Below, piece after piece: positions 21,045 through 30,807 of a DNA stretch of 64,000 nt. The DNA comes from Paramoeba atlantica. Its lineage: Eukaryota > Protista > Discosea. Within the stretch, counting starts at the first letter, position 1. Each line of letters starts with the position of its first letter. The stretch covers positions 682,001-746,000 of the forward strand of contig CDRNVI010000030.1 in assembly GCA_977017575.1 (NCBI GenBank), written 5' to 3'. The notes beneath the pieces are model-generated. The model saw only the letters and a list, made by a program, of their open reading frames with translations, searched no databases and was not told the origin of the DNA. Both the position numbers and the translations under genes were made by a program.

Positions 21045-21360
21045 TTTCCGGTTCTGAGCCTGGAAAATAATTTCAAATTCCTTAAACAGCGGATTACAAG
21101 AACTCCCTATTTCACATCGTACAGTACAGGCTTCTATCATCACGTCATCCAAGGTTCCCAGCTACAAAAAGTGATACGGTCATACATTTTACAGCCTGTG
21201 CAAAGAAAAATGATAGAGCGGAGTAGTGTAAGTAGCAAAAATATGATGCTTAATCACTCGCTTGGATAATACTGAAATTTTGTCTGAGAAACCACCGTGA
21301 AAAAATTTAAGTTTTTTTTGGGGGAAAGAAAGTCCCCTTCCACCCAACATACGTATGTAT

Positions 21361-22314
21361 TTAACATTCTGTAATCTTTGTATTGTAATATGTGAAGGAA
21401 AAAGCTCCCAGTGTTTCAGGAAAAAGGGTCACATTAAATTCGCCATGAAGGTCTTCGTTGTAATATAATTCAAGCACGGACAAAGCTTTGGGAAGAGAGT
21501 CAAAGTACACACGCCCTGAAAACTCGTTTTCATGTAAGGAAAGAATCTCCAAACTGGAAGGTAAATCGCGCAATTCAAGTGTTCCTGTAAAAGCGTTACC
21601 TCCAAGACCAAGGAATTCTAGTTTATCAGGTAAATGACAGAGATCCACTGCACCAAAGAAATTGTTGCCATTTAAGTTTAAAGATGTCAAACTGGAAGGA
21701 AGGAGACTTAAATCAACATTGCCTTCAAAAACATTATTGTTCAAAGCCAAGTCTTGCAAACCATGAGGGAGTAGTTTTAGGTCTATATTTCCTGAGAGTT
21801 CATTGTGGTCCACCATCAATACTCTAAGGCCTTTCGGCAGTGATGTCAAATCAATGGGTCCCTGGAAACAGTTTTCTTCCACTCGAAACGCATCCAGGTA
21901 CTGAGGTAGCAGTCTCAAGTCCAAGGGCCCCGAGAAAAGATTACGGTCAAGATCTAACATTTCCAAGTACGGAGGAAATGTGTCAAAATTCAATTCTCCT
22001 TCTAACTCGCACTCACAAGCATCAAGATATGTCAATGATTCTGGCAAATATTCCCAATGCACGGTCCCTCCTAATGGAGTGTTCCTCCAATAAATTTCAT
22101 CGATCCGTCCATCCTTAGTGCAAGACACACCATCCCACGCACATGCCGGTGTAGTAATGTTCCAAGATGAATGTGGGGACTTGATGTCACAAATAAGTTT
22201 TGCAAGTTGATACTCTTGTGGCAGTGTTGCAAAATGTACTTTTCCAGGGACGTGTTCCTTTTTTCGCCGCTTGGTTGCAGGCGCCTCAAAATCCGATGCG
22301 CTAAAATATTCCAT
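21361..22314 (-). CDS. LRR protein (23-aa repeats, LRRNT_2-like cap, NLS-like N-terminus)
   Basis: PATKRRKK, LPQEY, SW...ACAWDGVSC cap, then about 9-10 LPxxLxxLxLxxNxFxGxxDLxx repeats; no signal peptide or TM helix apparent. Confidence 0.9.
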   Translation of the reverse strand: MEYFSASDFEAPATKRRKKEHVPGKVHFATLPQEYQLAKLICDIKSPHSSWNITTPACAWDGVSCTKDGRIDEIYWRNTPLGGTVHWEYLPESLTYLDACECELEGELNFDTFPPYLEMLDLDRNLFSGPLDLRLLPQYLDAFRVEENCFQGPIDLTSLPKGLRVLMVDHNELSGNIDLKLLPHGLQDLALNNNVFEGNVDLSLLPSSLTSLNLNGNNFFGAVDLCHLPDKLEFLGLGGNAFTGTLELRDLPSSLEILSLHENEFSGRVYFDSLPKALSVLELYYNEDLHGEFNVTLFPETLGAFSFTYYNTKITEC

Positions 22315-22449
22315 CGTGGGACTACAACCAAAAAAGAAAATATGAATACAAGAATCATAAAAAATAGTGGTTACTCACAAGCATAATCCACATTAGGACG
22401 ATGAGTGACAACCCATTTAGTCTGAAAGAATTATAAAATTTGCACCCAC

Positions 22450-23928
22450 TTACCCATTGAGCAACCTCTCTGCATTTTGAAATCCGTAGCCCAGTGCTTT
22501 TCCCAAAACCTCCTCAAGTTCCTGTGGCGTTTTTACATTATCCACCTTGGAATCCACCCCCTCGTTTTCCTGTTGACGCCAAGTCCCTCCGTACCCCCCA
22601 TGTGCCGCACGCCAACCATCCCTTGACTCGGGACATTCCCATCCCAGAGGCAAATACGACCGAGTCAAGGGACGAAGCAAAGGAGGTGGAGAAGACGAAG
22701 TCAAGGAAGATAAAAAAGAGCGCCGACTTTTTTTCTTCTCCTTCTCTCTCCCATTGCCCCGTAATCCATTTCCTTCCCCTTCTTCTTTCCCCCCCCCTCC
22801 CCCCTCTCTCCCGCTAATCGTGCGTAACGCTACGACATGCAAATACGGCCTCTCCACGTGCTGTACCCCCGCCAACACATTTAGCCTCACATCCCCACAC
22901 TCTTGCGGGACACAGAGCGCTACCCCCCCATCGGGTCGCTCCCCCTCATGTGTCATCATCTCATATAAATAAGGAACTAAGACGGTCTCAACCCCGTGAG
23001 TGATTTCTAGCCCACAGCGTAGGGCTGAGCTAATGGACCATTTCCACTCGTGTAGTGGAATTTGTGAATTATGGCTAGTACTGAATTGGTTTACCTTTTT
23101 ATTGTCTGCTTTCTTATTACCTAATGGACCGAAATATTTATTATTATCCTTCGTACTAAATTCGTTTAAGCGTTTCTTTTCATTCTTCATGAATTGGATT
23201 ACACCTTCATGACCTGTACCCTTATTACTCTCTAATACATTAAAATGTTTATTTTCCTTTTTATTAACTTGTAACTTCTTACATTCTACTTCTTTATTAT
23301 GATTTCTCATTAATTCCTTTAAATAGTCCCCTAAAAAGTGTTGACACTCAAATCGCCATCGAGGGGATTCGAAGGCGTCTGGGGAGAGGAAGGGGAGGTT
23401 GGGAGGGAATTTCAGATGTTGGGTTTGTCGGCAGTACACAGCGTAGGGGTCGGAGTGCAGGAAGGCGTGGTAGAGGGAGAGCGCGAGGTGGTCGCAGAGA
23501 TTGTGGGTCGGGGGGCACTGGGAGAGGTTGGAGGTCCAGAGCGAGGAGAAGGGGAGGCTGAGGAGAACAGAGCCGGGGAGGATGGGGGGAGAAAAGGAGG
23601 AGGAGCATAAAGAGGATGAGGATGGAGGAGAAAAGGAGGAGCTGGAAGTGGAGGAAAAAGAAGAAGGGTGCGTTCCACTTTTTTGTATTTTCGGATACAA
23701 CAGGAAGGTATGGGGGTCGATGGTGAGTCCAGGGTGAAGGGTGAGATGGTAGTGTTCAGAGAGTACGGCGGGGAGGGTGGTTTGACTGTGGTGTTGGACT
23801 TTACGTTGCCAGCGGGTGTGGAGATGAGGGGGAAGGGAGAGAGAGGAGGAGGGGGGCGGGGAAGAAGGGGGAGCAGTGTAGGGTTGGGGCTTTGATATTC
23901 TTCGTGTGGGGGAGTGGGGGATTCGCAT
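22450..23928 (-). CDS. Divergent SET-domain-like (LSMT/SETD3/SETD6-type) protein
   Basis: GSVLLSLPFSSLWT, LALSLY...DPYAVY...PNLPFL, WKWSISSALR...LVPYLYEMMTH, GDVRLN loosely follow the LSMT-type SET fold; the DMxNH motif is degenerate. Start placed at 23928 because the longer ORF overlaps UTP3. Confidence 0.45.
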   Translation of the reverse strand: MRIPHSPTRRISKPQPYTAPPSSPPPSSSLSLPPHLHTRWQRKVQHHSQTTLPAVLSEHYHLTLHPGLTIDPHTFLLYPKIQKSGTHPSSFSSTSSSSFSPPSSSSLCSSSFSPPILPGSVLLSLPFSSLWTSNLSQCPPTHNLCDHLALSLYHAFLHSDPYAVYCRQTQHLKFPPNLPFLSPDAFESPRWRFECQHFLGDYLKELMRNHNKEVECKKLQVNKKENKHFNVLESNKGTGHEGVIQFMKNEKKRLNEFSTKDNNKYFGPLGNKKADNKKVNQFSTSHNSQIPLHEWKWSISSALRCGLEITHGVETVLVPYLYEMMTHEGERPDGGVALCVPQECGDVRLNVLAGVQHVERPYLHVVALRTISGREGGGGGKEEGEGNGLRGNGREKEKKKSRRSFLSSLTSSSPPPLLRPLTRSYLPLGWECPESRDGWRAAHGGYGGTWRQQENEGVDSKVDNVKTPQELEEVLGKALGYGFQNAERLLNG

Positions 23929-24154
23929 CCATGCAGGAGATCGGGTGAGAAGGGAAGAGGGAAAGAGAGAGAAAGAGATAGTTCGAACGAGTCGTAGGGA
24001 AGAAAAGGGAACAAAATAAAGCTGTGGAGTTAAAAATTTGTCTAGATCTTGGAATAAGTATTTGATATAAAAATCGTGTTTCCTAAAAATTTCATTACGA
24101 AAAAGAAATAGAAAGTACGAAAAAAGAGCCGAGCATTTCAATTTTCTTAAAAGA

Positions 24155-25030
24155 TTATGAAAGTGCGCGGCTTCGCAAAATATGCGATCGAATATTCCGA
24201 ACTCCATCAAATCGGTCTGCACTTTGTGGCCGAAAGGATTTTGAAACGCTTCGTACTTTACGAAGACCACGGCGATATTTTCTACGCTGGTTCACACGAG
24301 GGTTCTTCCTATCTTTGGGTCGAGCACGAGTAAGACCCCTATTTTTTACAATTTCCTGCGGCGCACTTGTACGCGGTGCGACCTCCGAACTTCCTTTATT
24401 CGTCGCTGCAAGTTCAGGACCTGAATCCAAAGATGATTTCTCTTCCTTAAGCTTTCGTTTTTTTCGCAGAAGAGCCTTGTTCTCCTTTTCTATTATGGAT
24501 GAAGGCACAGAAATATCTCTCACTCGTTGAAGCAGTTCGTGTACGTTGTGTAAAACAGGATGCGATTCGTAGTCCTCATCTTCGACGCATAAATTTAGCA
24601 AAAATAATGCATACATACAAAACTTTAGACGAATCACTGTGTCTTCAATTTCTTTTTTGGTTGTGGGAACAACTAAGAATTCTAATTGCTTGTGTATTTC
24701 ACGGCTCAAAGCAAGCATCTCATCAGGAAGTTGCTTTGCATCAAGCTTTGAAGTCTCACTGCTAAGTATTTTAGCCGCATTTAGCGGACTAGCCAGTGCT
24801 GCTTCTATTTCACTACTTGGGTTCCTATTTTGTACGTTATTCGGCAGAGGAACTTCATCGGAGTTTGTCAAATATTGAAAATCTTCTTCACGCAAATTCC
24901 GTTGCAAAACCCGTAAGGTTTCCTTTGCAAGTTCTTCTTCTTGGGACTCGTAACCTTGTAACCCGTCATCCACATCTTGACCTTCCTCTTTGTAGGCATA
25001 CTGCAATGGAACGGATGTGTCTTCCGGCAT
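24155..25030 (-). CDS. UTP3: U3 snoRNP/SSU processome protein Utp3/Sas10
   Basis: C-terminal Sas10 domain IVKNRGLTRARPKDRKNPRVNQRRKY...RSRALS; central C1D/Sas10-like YALFLL...HPVL segment. Confidence 0.88.
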   Translation of the reverse strand: MPEDTSVPLQYAYKEEGQDVDDGLQGYESQEEELAKETLRVLQRNLREEDFQYLTNSDEVPLPNNVQNRNPSSEIEAALASPLNAAKILSSETSKLDAKQLPDEMLALSREIHKQLEFLVVPTTKKEIEDTVIRLKFCMYALFLLNLCVEDEDYESHPVLHNVHELLQRVRDISVPSSIIEKENKALLRKKRKLKEEKSSLDSGPELAATNKGSSEVAPRTSAPQEIVKNRGLTRARPKDRKNPRVNQRRKYRRGLRKVRSVSKSFRPQSADRFDGVRNIRSHILRSRALS

Positions 25031-25192
25031 TTGAATAGTTTATTTCAAAATAAAGAAGATTTTTCCGGTACTCTTTTACTATATTTAGCATACTCTTTAC
25101 TATACTACTTTATTTCGTTTACTATACCATTTCTTACACACACCAAATCCTAGGGGAAATGAAGTAATTAATTGAAAAGTTTACAATGAGAT

Positions 25193-27661
25193 TCAAGTTT
25201 CCCAGTAGGGTTTCACATGAAATAAAGCATCAAAAGAGGATAGAACTCTGTCTTTTTCATTTTCTAATTCGCGGATATTGTTGGAAAAAGGATTCAAAAC
25301 TTCTTGAGCAAATTTTCTGTAGCCAGAAAGATCTTGACGCAAGGCCCTGCGGCCCGCCTCAGAGGTGCGAACGTTCAAAACGTGAAGAGTTAGCCCCTTG
25401 TAAAGCCCTTCCAACAGGAATAGACAATAGCAGAGGGACATGGATTGAGAATGATTGGGAAACTGAGATACTTCCTTACGTAGCCAAGAGCAAACGTAAT
25501 TGCACGCTGCCGTACATGTGGGAAGAATTGTTTTTCCCTCAAAATCTTTCTTGCTCTGTTGCTTTACTAAGTGATGTAAGGCTTGCGTAACGCAGGCATA
25601 TGCAAAAAGTTTTGTTACGGAATTAATATCTTCGTTTAGTCTTTGAAGCGTCTTTTTCCAAAGCTTCATCCATGAGGGTTGCGCATCTTCCGGCTCATGC
25701 TTACAGTTATTATCAACAAAGAAGGACTCTAAATTTCGTGAGACAATTCTCAGAGAGTCCACCCAAGAAGCAAATAGGGTTTGAGCCTCATGCACATGAA
25801 AACTACACTCTTCAATTTCTGTTGCTGGTGTGGCGGATGACGTAGAGACCTTCCAAGAAGAAAAAAGTCCTGCGCCACCCGCATTCGTTCCTTTATGTAC
25901 CATTTCTAACAAGGAAGTGACTCTCTTTTCCGAGTTAATTTTCAACTTTTGGAATTTGTGCGTAACTATTTCGGATATGGAGCTTACGATATGACAAAGT
26001 GACTCACTGAGACTCTTTGAGACATACTCAGCTAGGAGGAGAACTCGAAGACGTAGGATTGACTTCGCTGCATCATTTAGATAGGCTCCAATTTTTGTAG
26101 AAAACTGTTCCGCATCACCTTCACTTTCTAGCATGTCTCCTATGTGAAACTGTAAGGCATTATTTAGGAAAAGGAACTCAGAGCTTTCGCAGGAATAAGC
26201 CATCTGAAACTGATGTATTGTCGAGCGAAAAGGTTGAAGAAAATCTTCACCATCAATGAAAACTAAGTTAACGAATGCGCCATAACATGTGGCTTCATGC
26301 AATACAGATTCCAAAGTCAAAAAATAGAGATCTAATTGCCCTTTTTCGCTCAAATGATTTCCAGTCGCGTTGGTAGCTTCCGTCTGAATAGACGTTTTAT
26401 TTTTGCTATCTCTCTGCATGATCTGTGTGTGGTTCATTATCCTGCTCAAGTCTCTTATTACAATTGATTCGTGAAAACGAGAAGTCCATTTTCCGAGTGC
26501 ATCTTCTTGCCTTGAAAATATTTTAGGCAGTATTAGTCTCTCTCGGTAAACGACAGCTGCATAAGTGTGGAATAACGATTTGATAAAGTCTACAATAGGT
26601 TTGTTATCACTCGAGTCTTTCATATAAGCAGATGCGCGATTGCAGAAGTCATCAAAAGAAGTTTCAATCCACTCTAAGGAAGCAAAACTGGAAGAAAAGT
26701 AAAGATCCAACAGCTGTGTATGCCATACATCTTCGTTTTCAATCATAGAATCGTATACACGCGACAAGGAAGCTGCTTCACTTACCAGGTTGGAAAAGGG
26801 AAACATACACCCTAAAGTATCAGAAAGAAGACTAGAGCTCGGCCAGTCTTGCTGGCCCGCAAGATTAGAAAGAGTGCCCAAAATGACTTCGATGTGTTGA
26901 CGTTTTTCAAGTTGACCGATGAAGGTTGAAAAATCGTCCACGAGATGCTCCTTCCACCAGAGAATTAAGAGAGAAATGTTTCTCATTCCTACGAGTACGG
27001 AAGGAGATTTCTGTAGCGTGAAATCTTCAAGCGTACGTAAAAGTGTCGTTAAGGAACATACTTGTTGCACAGTGGTTGTGGCGTAGGGGACTTTAAAAAA
27101 AGGCGTGATCAAAGAATAGAGCATATAAATATTTTCAGGAAGTTCTATCTGCTCAGATGTCCACAAAGTGTGTGCTTCGCCCTCAGCCGGCAGATATAAA
27201 AGAGACTGCAGATAAGCATTTCTTTGTTCTGTAAGAAAACATGAGATACCTTCTAAGTTTTCTTGGAAAGCCGCAGAATCTTTAGCAGACAGAAAGTTAA
27301 AATACTGACACAAACTTAGAATTTGATTAGCACGCTTCTGAGGGTCGCATGCGTGTTGGACTCCACTGCGATGAGAAGCGTTGAAGTTCGTTTCATTATT
27401 TTGCGACTTCAGCAGTTTATCCAACCTTCGAGAAGTTTCCTGTACTAGCTGCGAATTCTCGATTCTTTGTTGTACTAATTCCTTTTCTGATACGACAATT
27501 TCTTCCCGTAGAGAAAACAGCACTTTTCTACTTTTTTCTATTTTGTTCGATAACTTTTGTTTTGCATCAGTTAGAAAGCCTAGCTGCTGCTCCATACTCA
27601 TGGAGGTTATATCGATATCATCGCTGTATAGCAGTGTATCCATATCTCTCTTCGGGATCAT
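25193..27661 (-). CDS. Exocyst Sec10/EXOC5-like CATCHR protein
   Basis: N-terminal coiled coil; C-terminal PTCTAACNYV...LYKGLTLHVLNVRTSEAGRRALRQDLSGY resembles the Sec10 C-terminus. Confidence 0.6.
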   Translation of the reverse strand: MIPKRDMDTLLYSDDIDITSMSMEQQLGFLTDAKQKLSNKIEKSRKVLFSLREEIVVSEKELVQQRIENSQLVQETSRRLDKLLKSQNNETNFNASHRSGVQHACDPQKRANQILSLCQYFNFLSAKDSAAFQENLEGISCFLTEQRNAYLQSLLYLPAEGEAHTLWTSEQIELPENIYMLYSLITPFFKVPYATTTVQQVCSLTTLLRTLEDFTLQKSPSVLVGMRNISLLILWWKEHLVDDFSTFIGQLEKRQHIEVILGTLSNLAGQQDWPSSSLLSDTLGCMFPFSNLVSEAASLSRVYDSMIENEDVWHTQLLDLYFSSSFASLEWIETSFDDFCNRASAYMKDSSDNKPIVDFIKSLFHTYAAVVYRERLILPKIFSRQEDALGKWTSRFHESIVIRDLSRIMNHTQIMQRDSKNKTSIQTEATNATGNHLSEKGQLDLYFLTLESVLHEATCYGAFVNLVFIDGEDFLQPFRSTIHQFQMAYSCESSEFLFLNNALQFHIGDMLESEGDAEQFSTKIGAYLNDAAKSILRLRVLLLAEYVSKSLSESLCHIVSSISEIVTHKFQKLKINSEKRVTSLLEMVHKGTNAGGAGLFSSWKVSTSSATPATEIEECSFHVHEAQTLFASWVDSLRIVSRNLESFFVDNNCKHEPEDAQPSWMKLWKKTLQRLNEDINSVTKLFAYACVTQALHHLVKQQSKKDFEGKTILPTCTAACNYVCSWLRKEVSQFPNHSQSMSLCYCLFLLEGLYKGLTLHVLNVRTSEAGRRALRQDLSGYRKFAQEVLNPFSNNIRELENEKDRVLSSFDALFHVKPYWET

Positions 27662-28077
27662 AGAAATTATGTGTCGTCAAAACACGTTTTGAAATCGACT
27701 TTTTCAAAAACTGCTAGATATTAAAAGACTGTTCGGATAAATATTCCTAGAAAATATTTGTATGGTTATAATGCGATGTATCAAAGAGTGTTAACCATGA
27801 CATTACATCTGTAGTCAGTGTTCGTAATGCATAATGGTCCTTTTGGGGAATGCATAAGATTTTGCTAAAAATATCTCACGAAAAGTATTGATAAAAAGAT
27901 AATCGGCACACTCCAAGAATGATCCGATATACGTTGTAAATTGGTCTCGCGAAAAGCTGTCGTAAGAATAGGAAGCAGTAGGAAAAGTTGTGATCTGTAT
28001 ACAGTACAAGGTAAAAAAGCACGCAGCCTAAAAAGTTTAGATCTGGTTTGTTGAAAGCTACGCGCATTAGGGAAAAA

Positions 28078-29367
28078 TCAAATTGGAAGAGAACGTGCCA
28101 GTTCACGGGCCGCCGATGTGTACGAACTGTTACTAGTATTAAATAATTCCGAATTTTCTGCAATTTGATTCAAATCTTCCAAAATTTGCAATCGTGTTAG
28201 ATATTTCCCCGCATAAACTTTACATCGCATTGTGTACAAATCCATCGGGTTGCGAACAGTTTGAATATATCGCGGACTGAAGGCAAGTGGAGGATAAGAA
28301 AACGCAGCATCCAGATTCGATGGGCTCTGTTGAAGAGTTTCCAAAGATGATAAAAGGTGTCGTCGAAAATCGACGCTTAACATTTCATCGCTCGTATCCT
28401 CATTTCGCATTTCAGTAACATGGTAGCGATACTTTGCGTGGTACTTCAAAGAACCCAAGACATAGAATCGTAATGTTTCACGTTGTCTAGGGTCAAAAAA
28501 AGGATCCAAAAAGCAGTCACGAAGAACAGCCTCCATATCACAGTGAAAAGTGAACAAGTCCCGGTAGGAACCCATGCGAAGTCGATTTTCAATGCCTTCA
28601 AAACGTAATTTTGGATTTTCTAGCGATTTTAAAATATCTAAAAGATTGAGAGAATTCGTATCGGTGGATTCCATATTCGATACTTCCGTACGAGTAGGGG
28701 TCCAAAGAGAAAGATATTCCTGCCACAAATGTCCTTGCAGCTGCCACGCAAAGACTTGATTGTCAAATGATTCGGGTAAAGAGTTTTCATACCGCAGAAA
28801 TTTGATACCGTGATGACTTGCAATTTCAAGATACCTTTTCTCTAAGTGCATGGCACACCTCGCGAGTTCGTGATCGGGACCATATGCCCAAATCATGTTT
28901 GAAGTGAGATCAAAAAGATCTACTTCAAAGGCTTTCTGCGTGCAATAAATGTCCCCTGCCAGACGTGCATGAATGGTAGCAAAATCAATTGGAAACGGTA
29001 CAGACCGTTTGTACTTCAGATCTTCAACAGGAAGTAGGAAGATCTCATAGGCCTTCTTCGAAGATGACACAGACAGCTCAGCATCGGCTATTTCGTATAA
29101 AATAGATAGCAGCTTGTGACGTAGTTCTAAACTAAGAGACTTGCGCGAGTCATGCTGCGTGATCTCTTCTTGAAACGTTAGATAATTAGAATTCGCGTCC
29201 GAAAGTAAAATTGAGTTCTCCGCGGTGTGAAAGTCTTCGTTAGACAGTTTGAAATGCTCCTTAGCATTGAGCACATAATTTCTATGTCGCGTGGGCCCAG
29301 TATTTACGAAGTTGGATTTGGGAGACAGTACTGAACTATTCTCATGTTTCGTGGTTTCCGTAGTCAT
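28078..29367 (-). CDS. Multi-bromodomain protein
   Basis: Clear C-terminal bromodomain (YIQTVRNPMDLYTM...KY...EDLNQIAENSELFN); two more degenerate modules (PIDFATIHARL...Y and LRFEGIENRL..GSY). Confidence 0.8.
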   Translation of the reverse strand: MTTETTKHENSSVLSPKSNFVNTGPTRHRNYVLNAKEHFKLSNEDFHTAENSILLSDANSNYLTFQEEITQHDSRKSLSLELRHKLLSILYEIADAELSVSSSKKAYEIFLLPVEDLKYKRSVPFPIDFATIHARLAGDIYCTQKAFEVDLFDLTSNMIWAYGPDHELARCAMHLEKRYLEIASHHGIKFLRYENSLPESFDNQVFAWQLQGHLWQEYLSLWTPTRTEVSNMESTDTNSLNLLDILKSLENPKLRFEGIENRLRMGSYRDLFTFHCDMEAVLRDCFLDPFFDPRQRETLRFYVLGSLKYHAKYRYHVTEMRNEDTSDEMLSVDFRRHLLSSLETLQQSPSNLDAAFSYPPLAFSPRYIQTVRNPMDLYTMRCKVYAGKYLTRLQILEDLNQIAENSELFNTSNSSYTSAARELARSLPI

Positions 29368-29581
29368 GGAATAAAAATAGAACTCTGAGCAACTATGTCC
29401 TGAGAAAAAACCAAGAAAGAAATCTACTGTGCCACAACCCCTAAATTACCACTGTCCCCCTACATGTAAATTTAATTGTTTGCTTTAGTCAAAGAGATTG
29501 TGATAACACCTTGCACCCCTCGTTAAGTTGTTGTTTTTTTCAAAAATATTTCAATAACTCGAGTTTCCGTCTAGTCATAAT

Positions 29582-30535
29582 TTACATTGATACCTTCGCA
29601 GGATGCGGCATAGGAGTGTATCTTTGGAACGAATTTCCTTGAAGGTTGATCAAGATTAAATTTTCGGAAAGTTTGGATAAATCTAAATATCCTGTCAGTT
29701 TGTTGTTTTGTAGCAAAATATATGCGAGCGACTCGGGAAGGGAACTTACGTCAATAGTGCCAGAAAATAAATTATTGGAAAGATAGAGAGTGAAAAGTGA
29801 CTTGGGTAAGTGTGTTAAGTCAATGTTTTCTGTAAATAAATTACCAGAACCATACAACTCTGACAGGAAGTGCGGAAGACGAGTGAGCGAGAGAGGACCT
29901 GAAAACTGATTTTCTTCAATTTGGAATCGTACCAAACACGGTGGAAGAACATCTGTATCAATTGGACCCATAAAAAAATTTCGGCAAATAGCAAATCGCT
30001 TCAAGTCAGTGGGCAACGCAGATGTGTCGCACTCTCCAGAAAACTGATTATTATCTAGAACCAAATAACGGAGAATATCGGGAAGTGCCGACCAATCAAC
30101 TTGCCCCGAAAGATGCTGTGTATCCCAATAATCACCCAGAACAAGACTTTTAACTGTACGGGGCAGCGCTGACCAGTTCAGTGTGCCGCGAAGACCACAA
30201 CGTGACCAGTCGATATGACTTACATGAGTTCCATCCTTGCAGCGTACGCCATTCCACGCACATGCAGATGCATTTGTAGTCCACTTTAAATTGAGCTCTG
30301 TTACATTTTTTAAGAAATGCACAAGGAGATATTCATCAGGAAGAATAGACCCCCGAACCTTGGAAAGACGTGTGATTGGAAAAGCAGGGTTTTGATCGTT
30401 AAAATTATTTGGCTCACTCTTAAGCTTACGGCGTTTCTGGGTGGGAGGGCACCCAGAATCACTCAAACAAAAGCGGAAAGTAATCATAACTAACAATTTT
30501 TCAAATTTAAAAAGAGCTCTCGTAAAAATACTCAC
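29582..30535 (-). CDS. LRR protein, 23-aa repeat family
   Basis: PPTQKRRKLK, SKVRGSILPDEY, ACAWNGVRC cap, about 8 repeats. Confidence 0.88.
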   Translation of the reverse strand: MSIFTRALFKFEKLLVMITFRFCLSDSGCPPTQKRRKLKSEPNNFNDQNPAFPITRLSKVRGSILPDEYLLVHFLKNVTELNLKWTTNASACAWNGVRCKDGTHVSHIDWSRCGLRGTLNWSALPRTVKSLVLGDYWDTQHLSGQVDWSALPDILRYLVLDNNQFSGECDTSALPTDLKRFAICRNFFMGPIDTDVLPPCLVRFQIEENQFSGPLSLTRLPHFLSELYGSGNLFTENIDLTHLPKSLFTLYLSNNLFSGTIDVSSLPESLAYILLQNNKLTGYLDLSKLSENLILINLQGNSFQRYTPMPHPAKVSM

Positions 30536-30807
30536 TTAAATGAGAACATTTAACTATCCCCCTTTTTAATAGAGCAATTTTTTCTGGGACAAAGATTTTT
30601 TTCTGGGGAGGGCCAAATTGTTTGTCGAAATTGTTTGAAAGCAGTTTTCATACACACAAAAAATTTGATAATTTTACAAAAAATTGCCTCACAAATAAGG
30701 GGCTGCATGATAATTTTTCGATTCGAAAGAATCCTATTTTTTCATACGTCAGAAAAATGGTACAAAAAGTCCTTCTCGTCGAGTGCCCTACTGAGGCTGA
30801 ATTTCGA

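Noticed and set aside
23929-24270. N-terminal extension of the 606-aa ORF (similar extensions at 18586-18702, 37103-37180, 38805-38942, 57242-57517)
   Set aside because: It overlaps the neighbouring gene or reads like pyrimidine-rich UTR/splice-acceptor sequence; downstream ATGs were preferred.
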